Part shown: piece after piece, positions 11,678 to 24,128 of the stretch | Layout of the letters: every line of letters begins with the position of its first letter | Position numbering within the stretch: the stretch's first letter is position 1 | NCBI GenBank assembly: GCA_000004695.1 | Contig: CM000150.2 | Span: 800,001-864,000, forward strand | Source: Dictyostelium discoideum | Lineage: Eukaryota | Reading direction: 5' to 3' | Length of the DNA: 64,000 bases | Translations under genes and position numbers: made by a program | Notes under the pieces: model-generated | The model's database searches: none | Told to the model about the DNA's origin: nothing | Seen by the model: only the letters and a program-made list of their open reading frames with translations

Positions 11678-14600
11678 TTAATCAAATAAATTAAAATTTT
11701 TTGAATAAATTAAATTATTCAAATGATTGATAAATTCTATTGTAATGAAAGAATTTTGTGAGATTTCTTTTGATTTTATAATATAGTAATTATTATTGTA
11801 AGATCTTCCAACCCATTTTTCATCTAAATAAATATTTGTGCATTTGATTATATTATCACCATCTTCATCATGATTGTCACCATTTTGAATATTCTTTTTA
11901 ATTTCATATATCCAATTTAATATGATATCATATTGATCACTACCACCACCACCAGATAAACTATTAATATTCCATACTTTATCGATATTACACGACTTGA
12001 TTTCAACTAAAGAGGAGGAGGAGTTATTATTATTTGCAATTGTATGATGATCACAAGAAATAGTATCCAATGTAACTTCACCAATATAAACATTATATTG
12101 ATCCAATTTATCTTTTTTATTATTACCATCACTTGTAATACTGTTGTCATCCTTTGAATCTATCTTTTTATCTTGATTATTTGAATTTGGATTTGAATTT
12201 GGATTTGGTATAGAATTTCTATCAATACTATTAGATTTGAAATTATAACTAAATGATTTAATTTCTTTTAATTTTATAATATTATTATTTTTGTTGGTAT
12301 TATTAAATATGAAATCATCAATATTTAAACAAAATTTAGATTGATACCAATCTAAATGAGCATTTATAATTTCATCTTGATCAGATTCATAAATTATATA
12401 TTCATTTTGATTATTTGTTGCAGTATTAATATTGAATGGAAATATTTGTTGTTTATTATCAATACTGTTACCCAATGTACTTGGATGTAAAATGATATTC
12501 TTTATATTCTTTTCTTCATTATCACTAAATACCAATATCAAACATAGTTTACTAATTTGTTCTGATAATTGAATCTTTGGTATTGATTTTACACTCCATG
12601 TATATGATATTAATAATTGTTTTTCTTTTAATTTAATATCAGTTTTAAATAATGTTGAAATTGAATATTTATCATCATCATCATCATTATTATTATTATT
12701 ATTATTATTGATAGAATAATGTTTAAATTGATTATTACCAATATTTGAAATTGTTTCTAATTTACCCTTTATATTTAAAGAAGAACCACCATTAAATGAA
12801 ACACTATATGAAGTGGTTGATAAAATTAATTTTGAACCAATTTGATATCTATAATCTTCTTCACAACCAATAATATCTTGATCAGATAAATTGAACCATT
12901 TAGAATTTGATACGATTTTACCATTTATCCAATATTTCTTTCCTTTACCTCTATTAAAACAACTTGAAAATGGTAATGAATGAATTGAAATTCTTTCATC
13001 TGTAACTGATCTAATTGAATTATAGTTATTATTATTATTATTATCATCATCATGATCGTCATCACTATTTAATGTTGTTGTTGTTTTTTGTTGTTGTTTA
13101 GATTTATAAATTGGTTTTGCAATAATTTGTAAATTTATACCAGATATTGAAATTTCATCATTATCAGAAGTATTATTAATAATGATATCAATGAATCTAA
13201 TACCAATTGGATATTCTCTAATTGTTAATTTATATTTTTTCCATTCATTTCTAACTTTTGATAAACATTGTGTATTAAATTCTTTTAAAACCGTTAAATT
13301 TTCATCCAACATTATTAAATTAACTGGATAATTATTACTATCAGTTTGATTGATTGATGATGTTGATTTATAATAAAATTCAAATTCAATCATTGGTAAT
13401 TTATCCAATATTTCTTTTGTAAACATTAATATTCTATTATTATTATTATTATTATTATTATCATTTTTACTAATATTAAATAAATCAATTCTCTTTTTAA
13501 ATATTGAAAAGAATTTCGAATCATATCTAGATGATTTAATAGATTTAAATGATTTACCATTACCATTTAATAAACCATTATTATCAATAACCCAATGATA
13601 TCTATTATTATTATTATTATTATTATTAGTATTAGTGGTAGTATTAAAAATTGGAGACCAAGTTGAAAAATTACCATATTCAGCCGAACCATTTTCAACT
13701 AAATTTTGAACTAAACTACCTAACCAAAATGATTTCTCCCTTTCAATTACCATTTTACTTGATGAGTTTGCATCTTCATAAGTCCAAGCTGGTGCAAATA
13801 TTGCACTTGATAATTGATTTAAATCTGCTTCTTTCAAACCTATCCATGAATTAAATTTGCCACCACCAAATGTACCTCTTCCCCAACAATCTGTACCAAC
13901 ATAAACATTTTTACATTTTTCATTTATTTCTTCATCATTACAATCATCTTTATTATTATTAAGATTTGAAATTATATTGAAAGAATTTTTTAAATTATCT
14001 TTATTCCAACAATAATTTAAGAAAATCCCATCACAATTTTCAAAAAATCTATAATTCTTTTCATTTAATTCATTCTGCCAATTTAGTTCACCATTTGAAG
14101 TAACACTATCATACCAAATAATTAATGGTTTTTCATCATTATCTTCATGAATATCACCACCAACACTACCACTATCACTACTACCACCACCAATAATTAT
14201 TGAATTTTTATGAATTGAATTTGTAAAATTTTTTAAAAATGAAATATATTTTTCAACATATGATGGATGATCTAATAGTGATGTTTCTAAATTTAAAAAC
14301 CAACCATCAAATTTAAAATGATTTGAAATTTCAATTAATTTATTTATAAAGTGATTAACATCTTCTTGAATACCGTCAACCAATAAATAACAATCTGATA
14401 GGGATTGATCCCATTCCAATATGATTGTACCTAAAACTTTTACACCATTTTTATGAGCTGAATTGATCCAACCAACTGGTGGTATTGAAATTCTATGATG
14501 TGAGAAATAAATAAAAGTATCAATTAAATTCCAATGATAGAAATTATAAAATTCACTTGACCATAATGTTTTCCTATCATTAATTCCTTCATAAATACCT

Positions 14601-14728
14601 TGACAATATTTATCAATTTGGTAACCATTCATCATATCATGACAATGAATTCTTTTCGTAATATTATTTGATTTTTTAATTCTTTTATTTAATTTTATTG
14701 TTGAAATATTTATTAAATCATTATAATT

Positions 14729-14760
<32 letters not shown>

Positions 14761-15598
14761 GGTGTTGTATTTGTTGTTGTGGATTAATTGTTGATTTCCA
14801 ATTTAATAATTCTAATATTGAATTTAAAGGTTTAATAGTTGAAATAAAAGAATTACCTAATAATGATTTATTTTGAATATTTGGTGGATAGCTTGGTTGT
14901 TTTAATATTGAATTATTTTGAAATATTGTTGATAATATATCATGTCTATCATTTAAATGAATTGTTAAATCTGATAAAATCATTTCATTTGATAAATCTT
15001 TACTTCCTATAATTAATGGTGATTTAGATATATTAATTGGTGATTCATATGTTTCATTGATTGTATTATTATTTTCATTATTTAAATTACTATGATTGTT
15101 ATTCTTTTCACAATAATTTGTCTGTTTATAAATTTTACAATTTAAATAAATTTCAGTTGATATTAATTGTGTTCCACTATCATTAAAATTTAATTTAAAA
15201 ATTAAAAATTCCCAATGAAAATATTTTAATTCATCTTTACTTGTATGATAAATTGAATGAATTGAAGTTCTATTTGTTGTTGTTGAATCATTGTATAATC
15301 TTTTATCAAATGACTGATTACCAAAGAAAATACCTGTATCAATATTATTATTTTGTAATTGTGAAAATATTCTATTTACTCTATTATTATCATCTCTATT
15401 GTCATCTTCATTTGGTATCATATAAATCCAACATGAAATTGAAATTGATTTAGTACTATCAATGTGATTTTCTTCTCTATTAAATTCTTCACACATTAAT
15501 ATACTATTCCATGGTATTATAATTTCACTACCATTATTATTATTATTTTTATTATTACTTCCTAATTTGATATTATCAATTAATTTTTTTGTTTTCAT
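11678..15598 (-). CDS. Cytosolic endo-beta-N-acetylglucosaminidase (ENGase), glycoside hydrolase family 85, with large low-complexity expansions.
   Basis: The block CHDMMNGYQ..WSSEFYNFYHWNLIDTFIYFSHHRISIPPVGWINSAHKNGVKVLGTIILEW is the GH85 catalytic core. It is a single 1306-aa ORF containing poly-N/poly-Q/poly-D tracts. Confidence 0.7.
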
Positions 15599-16235
15599 TT
15601 ATTATTATTATTATTTTTCTTTGGCCAAACTATTTTATTTTTTATTATAGATACATAGATATATAGAAATAAAACAAAATTATATTTCTTTTCAATTGGG
15701 TTTGAATTTTAAAAATGGAATGTGTTTTTTTTTTTTAAAAAAAAAAAATTAACAAAAAAAAAAAAAATTTAATAAAAAAAAAAAAAAAAAAAAAAATTTA
15801 TTAATTGGGGTTTTGGAAAAAAAAAAAAAAACACAAGTTCCCATTTCCAAATTAGTATAAAATAAAAAAGAAAAAAAGAATTAATATATGAAAAAAAAAT
15901 AAAATATTATTTAAATAAAAAAAATAAATACATAAAATAAAATAAACTAAAATAAAATAAAATACAATAATTTTTTGTGAAGTAGGTCTACTTTCTATCT
16001 CTTAGTTTAGTGGTAATATTGTTAACAATTATTAATTTAATTTTTAATTCATTAATTCATTTTAGATTTGGTTTTTAATAATTTATTAATAACTTAATTT
16101 TATTAAATTAAATTTATTTTTTTTATTTTTTTTTTTTTTTCATTTTTTTTTTTTTTTATTTTTTTTTTTATTTTTTAATTTTATTTTGGGGAAATTTAGG
16201 AACAAAATAAATATACAAATAAAAAAATAAAAAGA

Positions 16236-16791
16236 ATGAACAGTCTTTTAATTGATAGTAGTAACCCATCATATGATGCAATGAATAATGATAATTTAAA
16301 GAATAGTATTGAAAAGAATCATCCAGTTAAATCAAAAGTTTTATCAAAGAAAATTAATAATGTTGATACAGATATTGCCATATCATCTTTTGCAGATGCA
16401 ATCTTTATAACAATTTCACAAAATCAAAAATTTAATACATGGGTAAATAATGATAATGAAAACAACAACAACAACAACACATCTTTCATTTTAAAAATAA
16501 AATAGTAGTATCACATTAATAAAACCCTTTTTTTTTGTTTTTTTTATTTTTTTATTTTAGATAAGAGCAAGTAAATCAGATGGCATATTATTAGATGAAC
16601 CATCGTATCAAATTGATACATTATTAGGTAATAATCAAGATGTATTATTTAGTATATATGCAAGACAATTAATTGAAAATATTGGCGAAACTAGTAATAA
16701 ATCATTAATGTTATCAATTTCTATTACTGATAAATCAAAAGATACTTTTAAACAAATTCTATCAACAATTTTTGAAAATAAAGTATGGTAA
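16236..16791 (+). CDS. Proteasome assembly chaperone 3 (PSMG3/PAC3)-like, 2 exons: 16236..16442 and 16561..16791.
   Basis: The spliced product ends ..[57 protein letters not shown]. Human PSMG3 ends ..VLLGQDEPLIHVFAKNLVAFVSQEAGNRAVLLAVAVKDKSMEGLKALREVIRVCQVW. The donor is GTAAAT at 16443 and the acceptor is TTATTTTAG at 16560. Confidence 0.6.
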
Positions 16792-16875
16792 AATGAGAGA
16801 GAGAGAGAGAAAAATAAAATAAAATAAAAGAAAAACTTTTTTTGTACAAAATAAAAAAAATATATGTGTATTTTA

Positions 16876-16906
<31 letters not shown>

Positions 16907-16933
16907 TGTAATATAATTTTATTTTATTTTATT

Positions 16934-17967
16934 TTATTCTGACCAATTTACGCTAAGTTTTTCTTCTATTCCTTCTTGATTACCAATCATCTATTATAAA
17001 TAAATTAAAAATTAAAAATTAATAATAAAAAAAAAGAGAGAAATGTTAACATAATTTTTATTTAATTATATGATATATTTTTTTTTTTTTTAAAAAAAAA
17101 TCAAATAAAAATACATACATGAATGAATTCATCAAATGAAATTTTACCATCTTTATCATAATCACCTTCAATAATAGTTTTATCAACAATTTGTTGAAGT
17201 TGTACATCATTTAAATTGGTACCAACCATCATTTTTAAAACTTGGAATAATTCACCATTACTAATAAATCCATCACAATCAATATCATAAATTTGGAAAA
17301 GGACTATAAAATATATATATAATTTTTTTAGAAAATTAAAATTAAAATTAAAATAAATAATGATAATAATAAAAATAATAATAATAATAGTTTTAATCTT
17401 ACATTTTAATTTATCTTCTTTTGTACCTTTATGGGAGAGTGTTGCAAGTGTACCAACAAATTCAAAGAATTCAATTTCATTATCTTTATTTTGATCAAAG
17501 ATTTGAATAACTCTTTCTAAAAGTGGGTTTAATGCTAAATCTGGTATAGATAAGAATTCATCAGTTGTTAATGTACCTGACCCATCTTTATCCAACATTT
17601 GGAATCTTCTATATAATTTTTTAAGTTCTGCTTCTGAAACTATATATATATAAATATATGTAAAAATATATATATATATTTTTAAACAAATAATTAATAT
17701 ATTAATTACTATATTACTTATTATATTATTATTATTAGGTAGTGTGTATTCTATAGTTTTTAAATTTTGATGGAGTTGATTTTGTTTATTTTGTTTAAAC
17801 ATCTAAAATTTTTTATTTTTATTTTATTTTATTTTTTATTTTTTTTTCATATTTAAATATATATATTTATATATATATATATTTATATTTATATAAAACA
17901 TACAACTACTATTATCTTTCATTTGTTCTAATTGTTCTTTATTTAATAATGAATGTTGATTTCCCAT
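16934..17967 (-). CDS. cnbA: Calcineurin B regulatory subunit, 4 exons: 17904..17967, 17403..17639, 17119..17303, 16934..16990. Total 180 aa.
   Basis: Exon 1 gives [21 protein letters not shown], an N-myristoylation motif. After splicing the protein reads ..[148 protein letters not shown]. It is near-colinear with human CNB, including the four EF-hands and the [15 protein letters not shown] block. Donors are GTATGT at 17903, GTAAGA at 17402 and GTATGT at 17118. The 264-nt intron 1 itself contains an ATG-initiated in-frame ORF, MFKQNKQ... Confidence 0.9.
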
Positions 17968-18210
17968 TTTTTTTTTTTTTATTTTTATTTTTATTTTTTT
18001 GGTTTGGTGTGTGGTTTTTTTTTTTTTTTTTTAATTATTAAAATAATATTTTTATAAACTGCTGTATTTTTTTTTTTTTTTTTGTGAGCTAAAATCTCGT
18101 GATTTGGTGTTTTTTTTTTTTTTTTTTGGTTAATCAAATTATTGGTTGCAAAAATAAGGGTTGTTTATTAATAAATTAAAAATTAAAAATTAAAAATTAA
18201 AAATAAATTG

Positions 18211-18245
<35 letters not shown>

Positions 18246-18422
18246 AATTTTTAAGGAAAAAATAAAAAAAAAAAAGAAAAAAAAAAAAAAATGGTTTTTT
18301 AATAAAGGACAAGATCTTTAAAATTGGTTTCCCTCAAAAAAAAAAAAAAAAAAAAAAACAATTTTGATTTTTATTGTTGTTTCCTTTTTTTCTATTAATC
18401 GGTTTTGGGTTGTAGGGTTTAT

Positions 18423-18426
<4 letters not shown>

Positions 18427-18476
<50 letters not shown>
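18427..18476. repeat. Homopolymer, about 50 T
   Basis: Direct reading. Confidence 0.9.
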
Positions 18477-18478
<2 letters not shown>

Positions 18479-18726
18479 TGTTTTTTCCATTTTACCCTAA
18501 AAAAGATTCATTTTAAAAAAAAAATAAAAAAAAATTTAAAACTAGATGTTTTTTGGGTGAATATTTATATATATTGAAATAAGTTTGTTTATTTTATATC
18601 TTCTTTGGTAGGTTGTTTTGTTTTTTTTTTTTTCCAAAAGAATTACAATATTCATGAAATTTAAATTTTCAACCAAAAAAAATTTTTGCTAACCAAATTT
18701 TATATTAAAAATAAAGTTTCATCAAA

Positions 18727-18808
18727 GACATCGTAGCGAAGTGGTCTAACGCGTTTGACTTGAAATCAAATCTCCTAGGAGGCGCAGGTTCGAACCCTGC
18801 CGATGTCG
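18727..18808 (+). tRNA. tRNA-Ser (anticodon UGA)
   Basis: The acceptor stem GACATCG pairs with CGATGTC. The anticodon stem TTTGA/TCAAA encloses the loop CTTGAAA, giving anticodon TGA. A long variable arm TCTCCTAGGAGG is present. The T arm is GCAGGTTCGAACCCTGC and the discriminator is G. A TTTTTT terminator follows. Confidence 0.9.
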
Positions 18809-18838
18809 ATCTTTTTTAAGATGTATTCCAGAGGTCAG

Positions 18839-18848
18839 GGGTTCAACT
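18839..18848 (+). promoter_or_regulatory. External B box (exB, GGTTCAACTC), about 30 bp downstream of tRNA-Ser.
   Basis: The sequence cagGGGTTCAACTCttt matches the Pol III B-box consensus GGTTCGANTC and lies outside the tRNA body. This is the characteristic dictyostelid exB arrangement. Confidence 0.6.
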
Positions 18849-18920
18849 CTTTAATTAAATAAAATTAACATGGAAAAAATCCATCAAAACCCCGCTATAA
18901 AAAAAATTAAAAATAAACAA

Positions 18921-18992
18921 GTTTCGATAGCTCAGTGGAAGAGCAAGCGACTGCAAATCGTTAGGTCGCCAGTTCAATCCTGGTTCGGAACT
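18921..18992 (+). tRNA. tRNA-Cys (anticodon GCA)
   Basis: The acceptor stem GTTTCGA pairs with TCGGAAC, with one G-U pair. The D arm is GCTC-AGTGGAA-GAGC. The anticodon stem AGCGA/TCGTT encloses the loop CTGCAAA. The T arm is GCCAGTTCAATCCTGGT and the discriminator is T. Confidence 0.85.
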
Positions 18993-19029
18993 TTCATTTT
19001 GTTTCTCTTATATTTTCCCGAACTTCGAA

Positions 19030-19777
19030 TTTTAAACTTTATTGATAAAATCCATAATTGGGAAAGTAGGACCCAAAAAAAAGACAGCCAAAAAAGATCA
19101 AGAAGTGAATGCAGATTACGCCAACCACAGATTCCACAAAGAATACTTTGAATGGAACTATAAAGCAATAGACTATGATCTAACCAGATCATTCGCATAT
19201 AGAAACCTAATGGCCCTTATCCTCCACAACATTTGGATTTGGATTTGCAATCAAATATACAGTGAAGATCCTTTAACAGATGAATCACTATCATACAGCT
19301 CCCTTCTAAAGAAATGGCACAAATTGGCCACTCTAGAATACATCAAAAAAGCAAAAGATCTGAAAAACTTATCAGCAAAAGACCATAATAACTTCAAAGA
19401 TCCTAAGATCCTTCTCACTTCAACGATCAAGCTAAGAAAAACAACAGCTAATTACTATTGTATTCCAGAATCATCTCTCCCAAATATTATATCTTTTGAT
19501 CAATTCATATGATTAAAATAACCCTTCAGCTTAAATGATAAGACTTTAAATAAATATTAAATAAAACTCGTATTAACACAAAAAAAAAAAAAAAAAAAAA
19601 AAAAAAGATACAGAAAAACATATCCATCATCAATCTAACATCAACTCCCAAATATTATATCTTTTGATCAATTCATATGATTAAAATAACCCTTCAGCTT
19701 AAATGATAAGCCTTTAAATAAATATTAAATAAAACTCGTATTAACACAGATGGACATATATCAATCTTGTTAATCCA

Positions 19778-19790
<13 letters not shown>
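19030..19790 (+). mobile_element. 5'-truncated TRE3-type non-LTR retrotransposon fragment downstream of tRNA-Cys. It holds an ORF2 C-terminal remnant (19042..19512) and a 3' UTR with a duplicated terminal module.
   Basis: The remnant ..HRFHKEYFEWNYKAIDYDLTRSFAYRNLMALILHNIWIWICNQIYS..KKWHKLATLEYIKKAK.. is homologous to the C-terminus of the full-length ORF2 at 44620..48447, which reads HAYWNIISLVIHQIWIWLCKSIF..SKWHKLIRLEY. A ~105-bp module, ctcccaaatattatatcttttgatcaattcatatgattaaaataacccttcagcttaaatgataag.ctttaaataaatattaaataaaactcgtattaacaca, occurs twice at ~19470 and ~19640, each followed by an A-run. Confidence 0.7.
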
Positions 19791-19822
<32 letters not shown>

Positions 19823-20113
19823 AAATGAAAAAACCCCACAAAAAAAAAAAAAATCTAAAAATAACAAAATATGGGCTATTGCTATAAAATTAAACAAGCA
19901 AAAAATAAAAAAAATTAAAAAAATTATCAAATTAACAAAAAAGTTATTTTTTTTTTTTTATTTAAAATTTCCAATTTTTTATCAAAAAAAAAATATCTTT
20001 TTTATAATTTAAACACATTAAAAATATTTTTTACATTTATGCTAAAAGAATTATTTTTTTTATTTATATATTTTTTTCAAAAATTATTTTTTAATATAGA
20101 AATAAATAATTAA

Positions 20114-20161
20114 ATGATAAAAGAAAACAATAAAAATATTAATAGCGATAATAATAATAAT

Positions 20162-20211
<50 letters not shown>

Positions 20212-21706
20212 TGTTCAAATTCCAATTTATATACAAAAAAAAATATATAAATATTTAATTATAATGGAATTAAATAAGAGTGATCATGATTCTTATGAAA
20301 TCAATTCAAAGATGATTGAAAAATTTTCACTTTTATCATGGGAATGGTTTAATTTTATTTCATCAAAAATTTATCACACTTTAATTATCAAAGATTATCA
20401 AAGACTTGAACCATTAAGAACCAAAGATAATGATAATAAATTTTTATTAAAAAAACCAGAATCTGTAAAATATTTAAAATTAGTTAACATTAGTAAATTA
20501 AATGAAGAAAAAGTGAATGAAACTATAAAATCATTGGTAAATTTAAAATGGATAACTTCAGAGCACAATAATTCAATATTTCAAAAAATTAAATTTAAAA
20601 ATATTAGAATCAATAGTATGATTCTCAGAAAATATGAAGGACAGCTTCTTGATCATTATGTTAAACGAGTTGATTTTCTTCATATTGAATCTCAAACACA
20701 AACTAAAAATATTATTGAAGCGTTTAAAACTTCAAAAATTTATGGATTCAATCTAGAGTTAAAACAAAATTACTCTCAATTTAATATTACTAAATTTCCT
20801 TGGAAAGATTTAATAGAGTGTCAAGTTCCATCTGTAAATGTACAAACAAATAAAAGTTGTGTTACTGATGTTGTTGAACAGCAACAACAACAAATGGTCA
20901 ACATTGAAAGTATAACTACTGAAAATAGATTACAATGGTGTAAAGATGTTAAATTTTGTATTTTAAATGTTAAAATGTTAAATGAATTTTTAAAATCAAC
21001 ACCAAGATTAAGAGATTTAACCATTGGTATTTGCTTTTCAAATTTAATTTATAAACTTTATAAAAGATATAGTTCAAACTATGATGAAGATGAACCAAAC
21101 GTTTTAAAACCATGTAGTTGCTCAAATTCATTTGAAAGATGTTTTACTACGGAGATTGAAAATTCAAGAGTTGTTTGTTATGATGATTTATTCTCTGTTT
21201 ATTGGGATGAAATTTGTACAATGTTAATAAATCATAAAAATTTGACAATATTAACCATTACCGATAGATGTTTCAATGATAGAAAAATAAGATATGATGG
21301 TATTGAAGATGTAATTACACCACAACTATCAACTCCTGTAATAACAACATTGGAACAAAATCAACACTTTTTCCAATCATTTGTTAATTTAATATGTTCA
21401 ACAAATAAATCAATTAAAACTTTGGTTATTAATGCATATGATTTCGTTCAATTAGATATAGTATCCATTTTAAATAACTCTAATAGTACCATAGATACCT
21501 ATCATTTCTCTTTCAATGTTTCAACTGATAAAATATACCATACTAAATCTATTGAAAAGGTTACAGAATACTTTAATAAATCACCAAATAATATAATCAA
21601 ATCTTTTAAAATTACAAATAATTCTCATACTGAATTTAACTATAATCAATCTATAAAAAGAACTTTACCAATTAAATACAATTCAATTCTTTTAAACTTT
21701 AAATAA
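20114..21706 (+). CDS. Hypothetical protein (530 aa) with a poly-Asn N-terminus. No recognisable domain.
   Basis: A single long ORF with Dictyostelium codon usage and a Cys-rich middle region (CSCSNSFERCF). It sits between the TRE3 fragment and the inverted tRNA-Ser gene. Confidence 0.45.
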
Positions 21707-22292
21707 AATTTTACAAAAATTTCGATAATAATTAGTATAAAATGTTTGACATACCTTTTAATATATGTTCTTTTAAATTTATAAAAACAAATTATTTTTA
21801 ACATATTAATAAAAAAAAATTTTTTTTTTTTTTTAATATTGATTTAAGGAATAAACTGTAATTATAAGGTTTATTTATGAATTTTTAATTTTTTAAAATG
21901 TAATTAATATTTTGGTTTAGATTTAAATATAGGTATTATTACTTTTGATTATCTATTACAAAAATTTTATTTTTTAAAAAAGATGATGTTTTTATTACAG
22001 TTATTATTTATTCACTTTTAAAACTAAAAAAAATGAATAATAGTTGCTTTTTTAATATATTCCAGAGCCTCTAGTGTGCTCCATTCATTAATAAGGATTG
22101 AGAATGATAGTTTTCTCCTTTGCACACCAAACCCAGATTAAATCAATTATTTTCTCACAATGTAAGATATAATAAAATTATATTGTTTATAAGTTTTTTA
22201 TAATCATATTAATAATATTAATAATTATAATAATGATTAAAATTAAACAATATTTAATAAATTAATATTTTGTTGATCAATGTTGCCAAAAA

Positions 22293-22302
22293 GAGTCGAA
22301 CC
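22293..22302 (-). promoter_or_regulatory. External B box (GGTTCGACTC on the minus strand) about 30 bp downstream of the minus-strand tRNA-Ser.
   Basis: The reverse complement of gagtcgaacc, at a position equivalent to the exB of tRNA-Ser copy 1. Confidence 0.6.
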
Positions 22303-22332
22303 CTTGACCTTAAGTCTCTTTATAAAAAAGAT

Positions 22333-22414
22333 CGACATCGGCAGGGTTCGAACCTGCGCCTCCTAGGAGATTTGATTTCAAGTCAAACGCGTTAGACCAC
22401 TTCGCTACGATGTC
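22333..22414 (-). tRNA. tRNA-Ser (anticodon UGA), second copy, inverted.
   Basis: An exact reverse complement of the 18727..18808 tRNA. The 5' flank (tttcatcRaa) and 3' flank (T-run plus exB) are also conserved. Confidence 0.9.
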
Positions 22415-23892
22415 TTCGATGAAAAATGAATTTCAATATAAAATTTAGTTGGCTAATCATTTTTCGATGGTGAATCAGAATTTCTTTTCGATAAAACATT
22501 AGGTTTGAAAATTTTTTTGTGATAATTTTGAAAAATAACTTACATATAAACTTTATTTGTTTTTTATTAAACTTATGGCAACATATTTTCTTACAATTAT
22601 TCTTTTATTTTTATAGTATATTTATAATTTATTAAAATATATACATTAAAATAAAATTAATATTATTTAATATACAAAAATATAAATAATTTATTTATTA
22701 TTAATTAAATAACATTTGATGATAAAATCTAAAATCAAATTTTTATTGCAAATTAATTTAATTATTTATTGAAATTTTTAAGAATAATTTATGTAAAAAT
22801 ATATAAATTGATCCTTCATTAATGATATAGTTTGATTTATTAATTTTAATGAATTAATAAAAACATTAATAATAATAATTGTTGATGAAATTAATAAGTA
22901 ATCTTATTTTTTATGTAAGAAATTTGAAAACAATTTAAAAAAATTAAAAAAAAAAAATGAAGAAACTATAATTTAACTAGTAAAATATATAAAATAAAAA
23001 TAATTATTTTCATTAAAATTTTTATTTTATTTCATACTTAATATTACAATAAATAGTATTTCAATAAATAATTGTAAATTTGAAATAATGAAATTTAAAA
23101 ATAAAAATAATATTTATGATTGGTTTAAAAGATATATTGGATTTAATAAAAAAAATAAAAAAAATAAAAAAAATAAAAAAAAATAAAAAAACAAAAAAAT
23201 TAAAAGTCGAATTATGAAGTAATATATATAACTCTCCAATGAGATATTTAAAATAATTGTAAATTTGTTTTTACAATAAAAATTTGATTAAAATGTAAAA
23301 ATTTACAAATGTTAAAATAAAACTATTATTTAAAAATTATTTAATTCCAAAAAAAAAAAAAAACTAAATTTTTAACCATTTTAAAAATTTTAAGGATAAT
23401 ATGTTCAACCCCATTTATTGTGAATGTCAATAACAATAAATAATAAACCATTTTTGGGATAATTGTAAATACTATCTCAGATTTAAAAAAGATAAGATGA
23501 TCTATGAAGAATATTAGTAGCATTGATGATACGATAAATTTGTAATTTTAGTAATTAGTATTTTTTTTTAAATATATTAAATTGTAGTTTGTGCAAATGA
23601 TGGTTCAAATTTGTGAGAAGAACATATTAAAAAATTTCAAATTTAAATGAAAAGGGTGTTAAAAGTAATTACACAATTATAAAGAATATAAATATATATA
23701 TATATATGTATAAAAATAATACCACCACATTATAAGCATATAAATTCAATCATTATAATTTTTTTATTTATTTTTTAATTATTTTTTTTGTTTATTTCAA
23801 AATATACGTACATTTCCTAACAATAAATTTATTGCCATTTATATTAAAATTTTAAAAAATTATTCATTACCACAAGGAAAAAAAAAAAAAAT

Positions 23893-23936
<44 letters not shown>

Positions 23937-24096
23937 ATTGATTTTGATTTTAATCTATTTTTTTATATACACTACCACCCTGTTTTAAAATTATTAAAAA
24001 AAAAAATCCCCCACTATCAAATATTTTGAGCAATTGTTATTTTAATCGTAATATATGATCATAAAAATGTGGGGGTATAATTTTGATTTAAACAAA

Positions 24097-24128
<32 letters not shown>

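Noticed and set aside
22020-22160. Relatively GC-richer ~140-bp patch near the minus-strand tRNA-Ser, considered as a small ncRNA such as a snoRNA or class I RNA
   Set aside because: I could not find convincing C/D or H/ACA box pairs or a terminal stem. It was left as unexplained.
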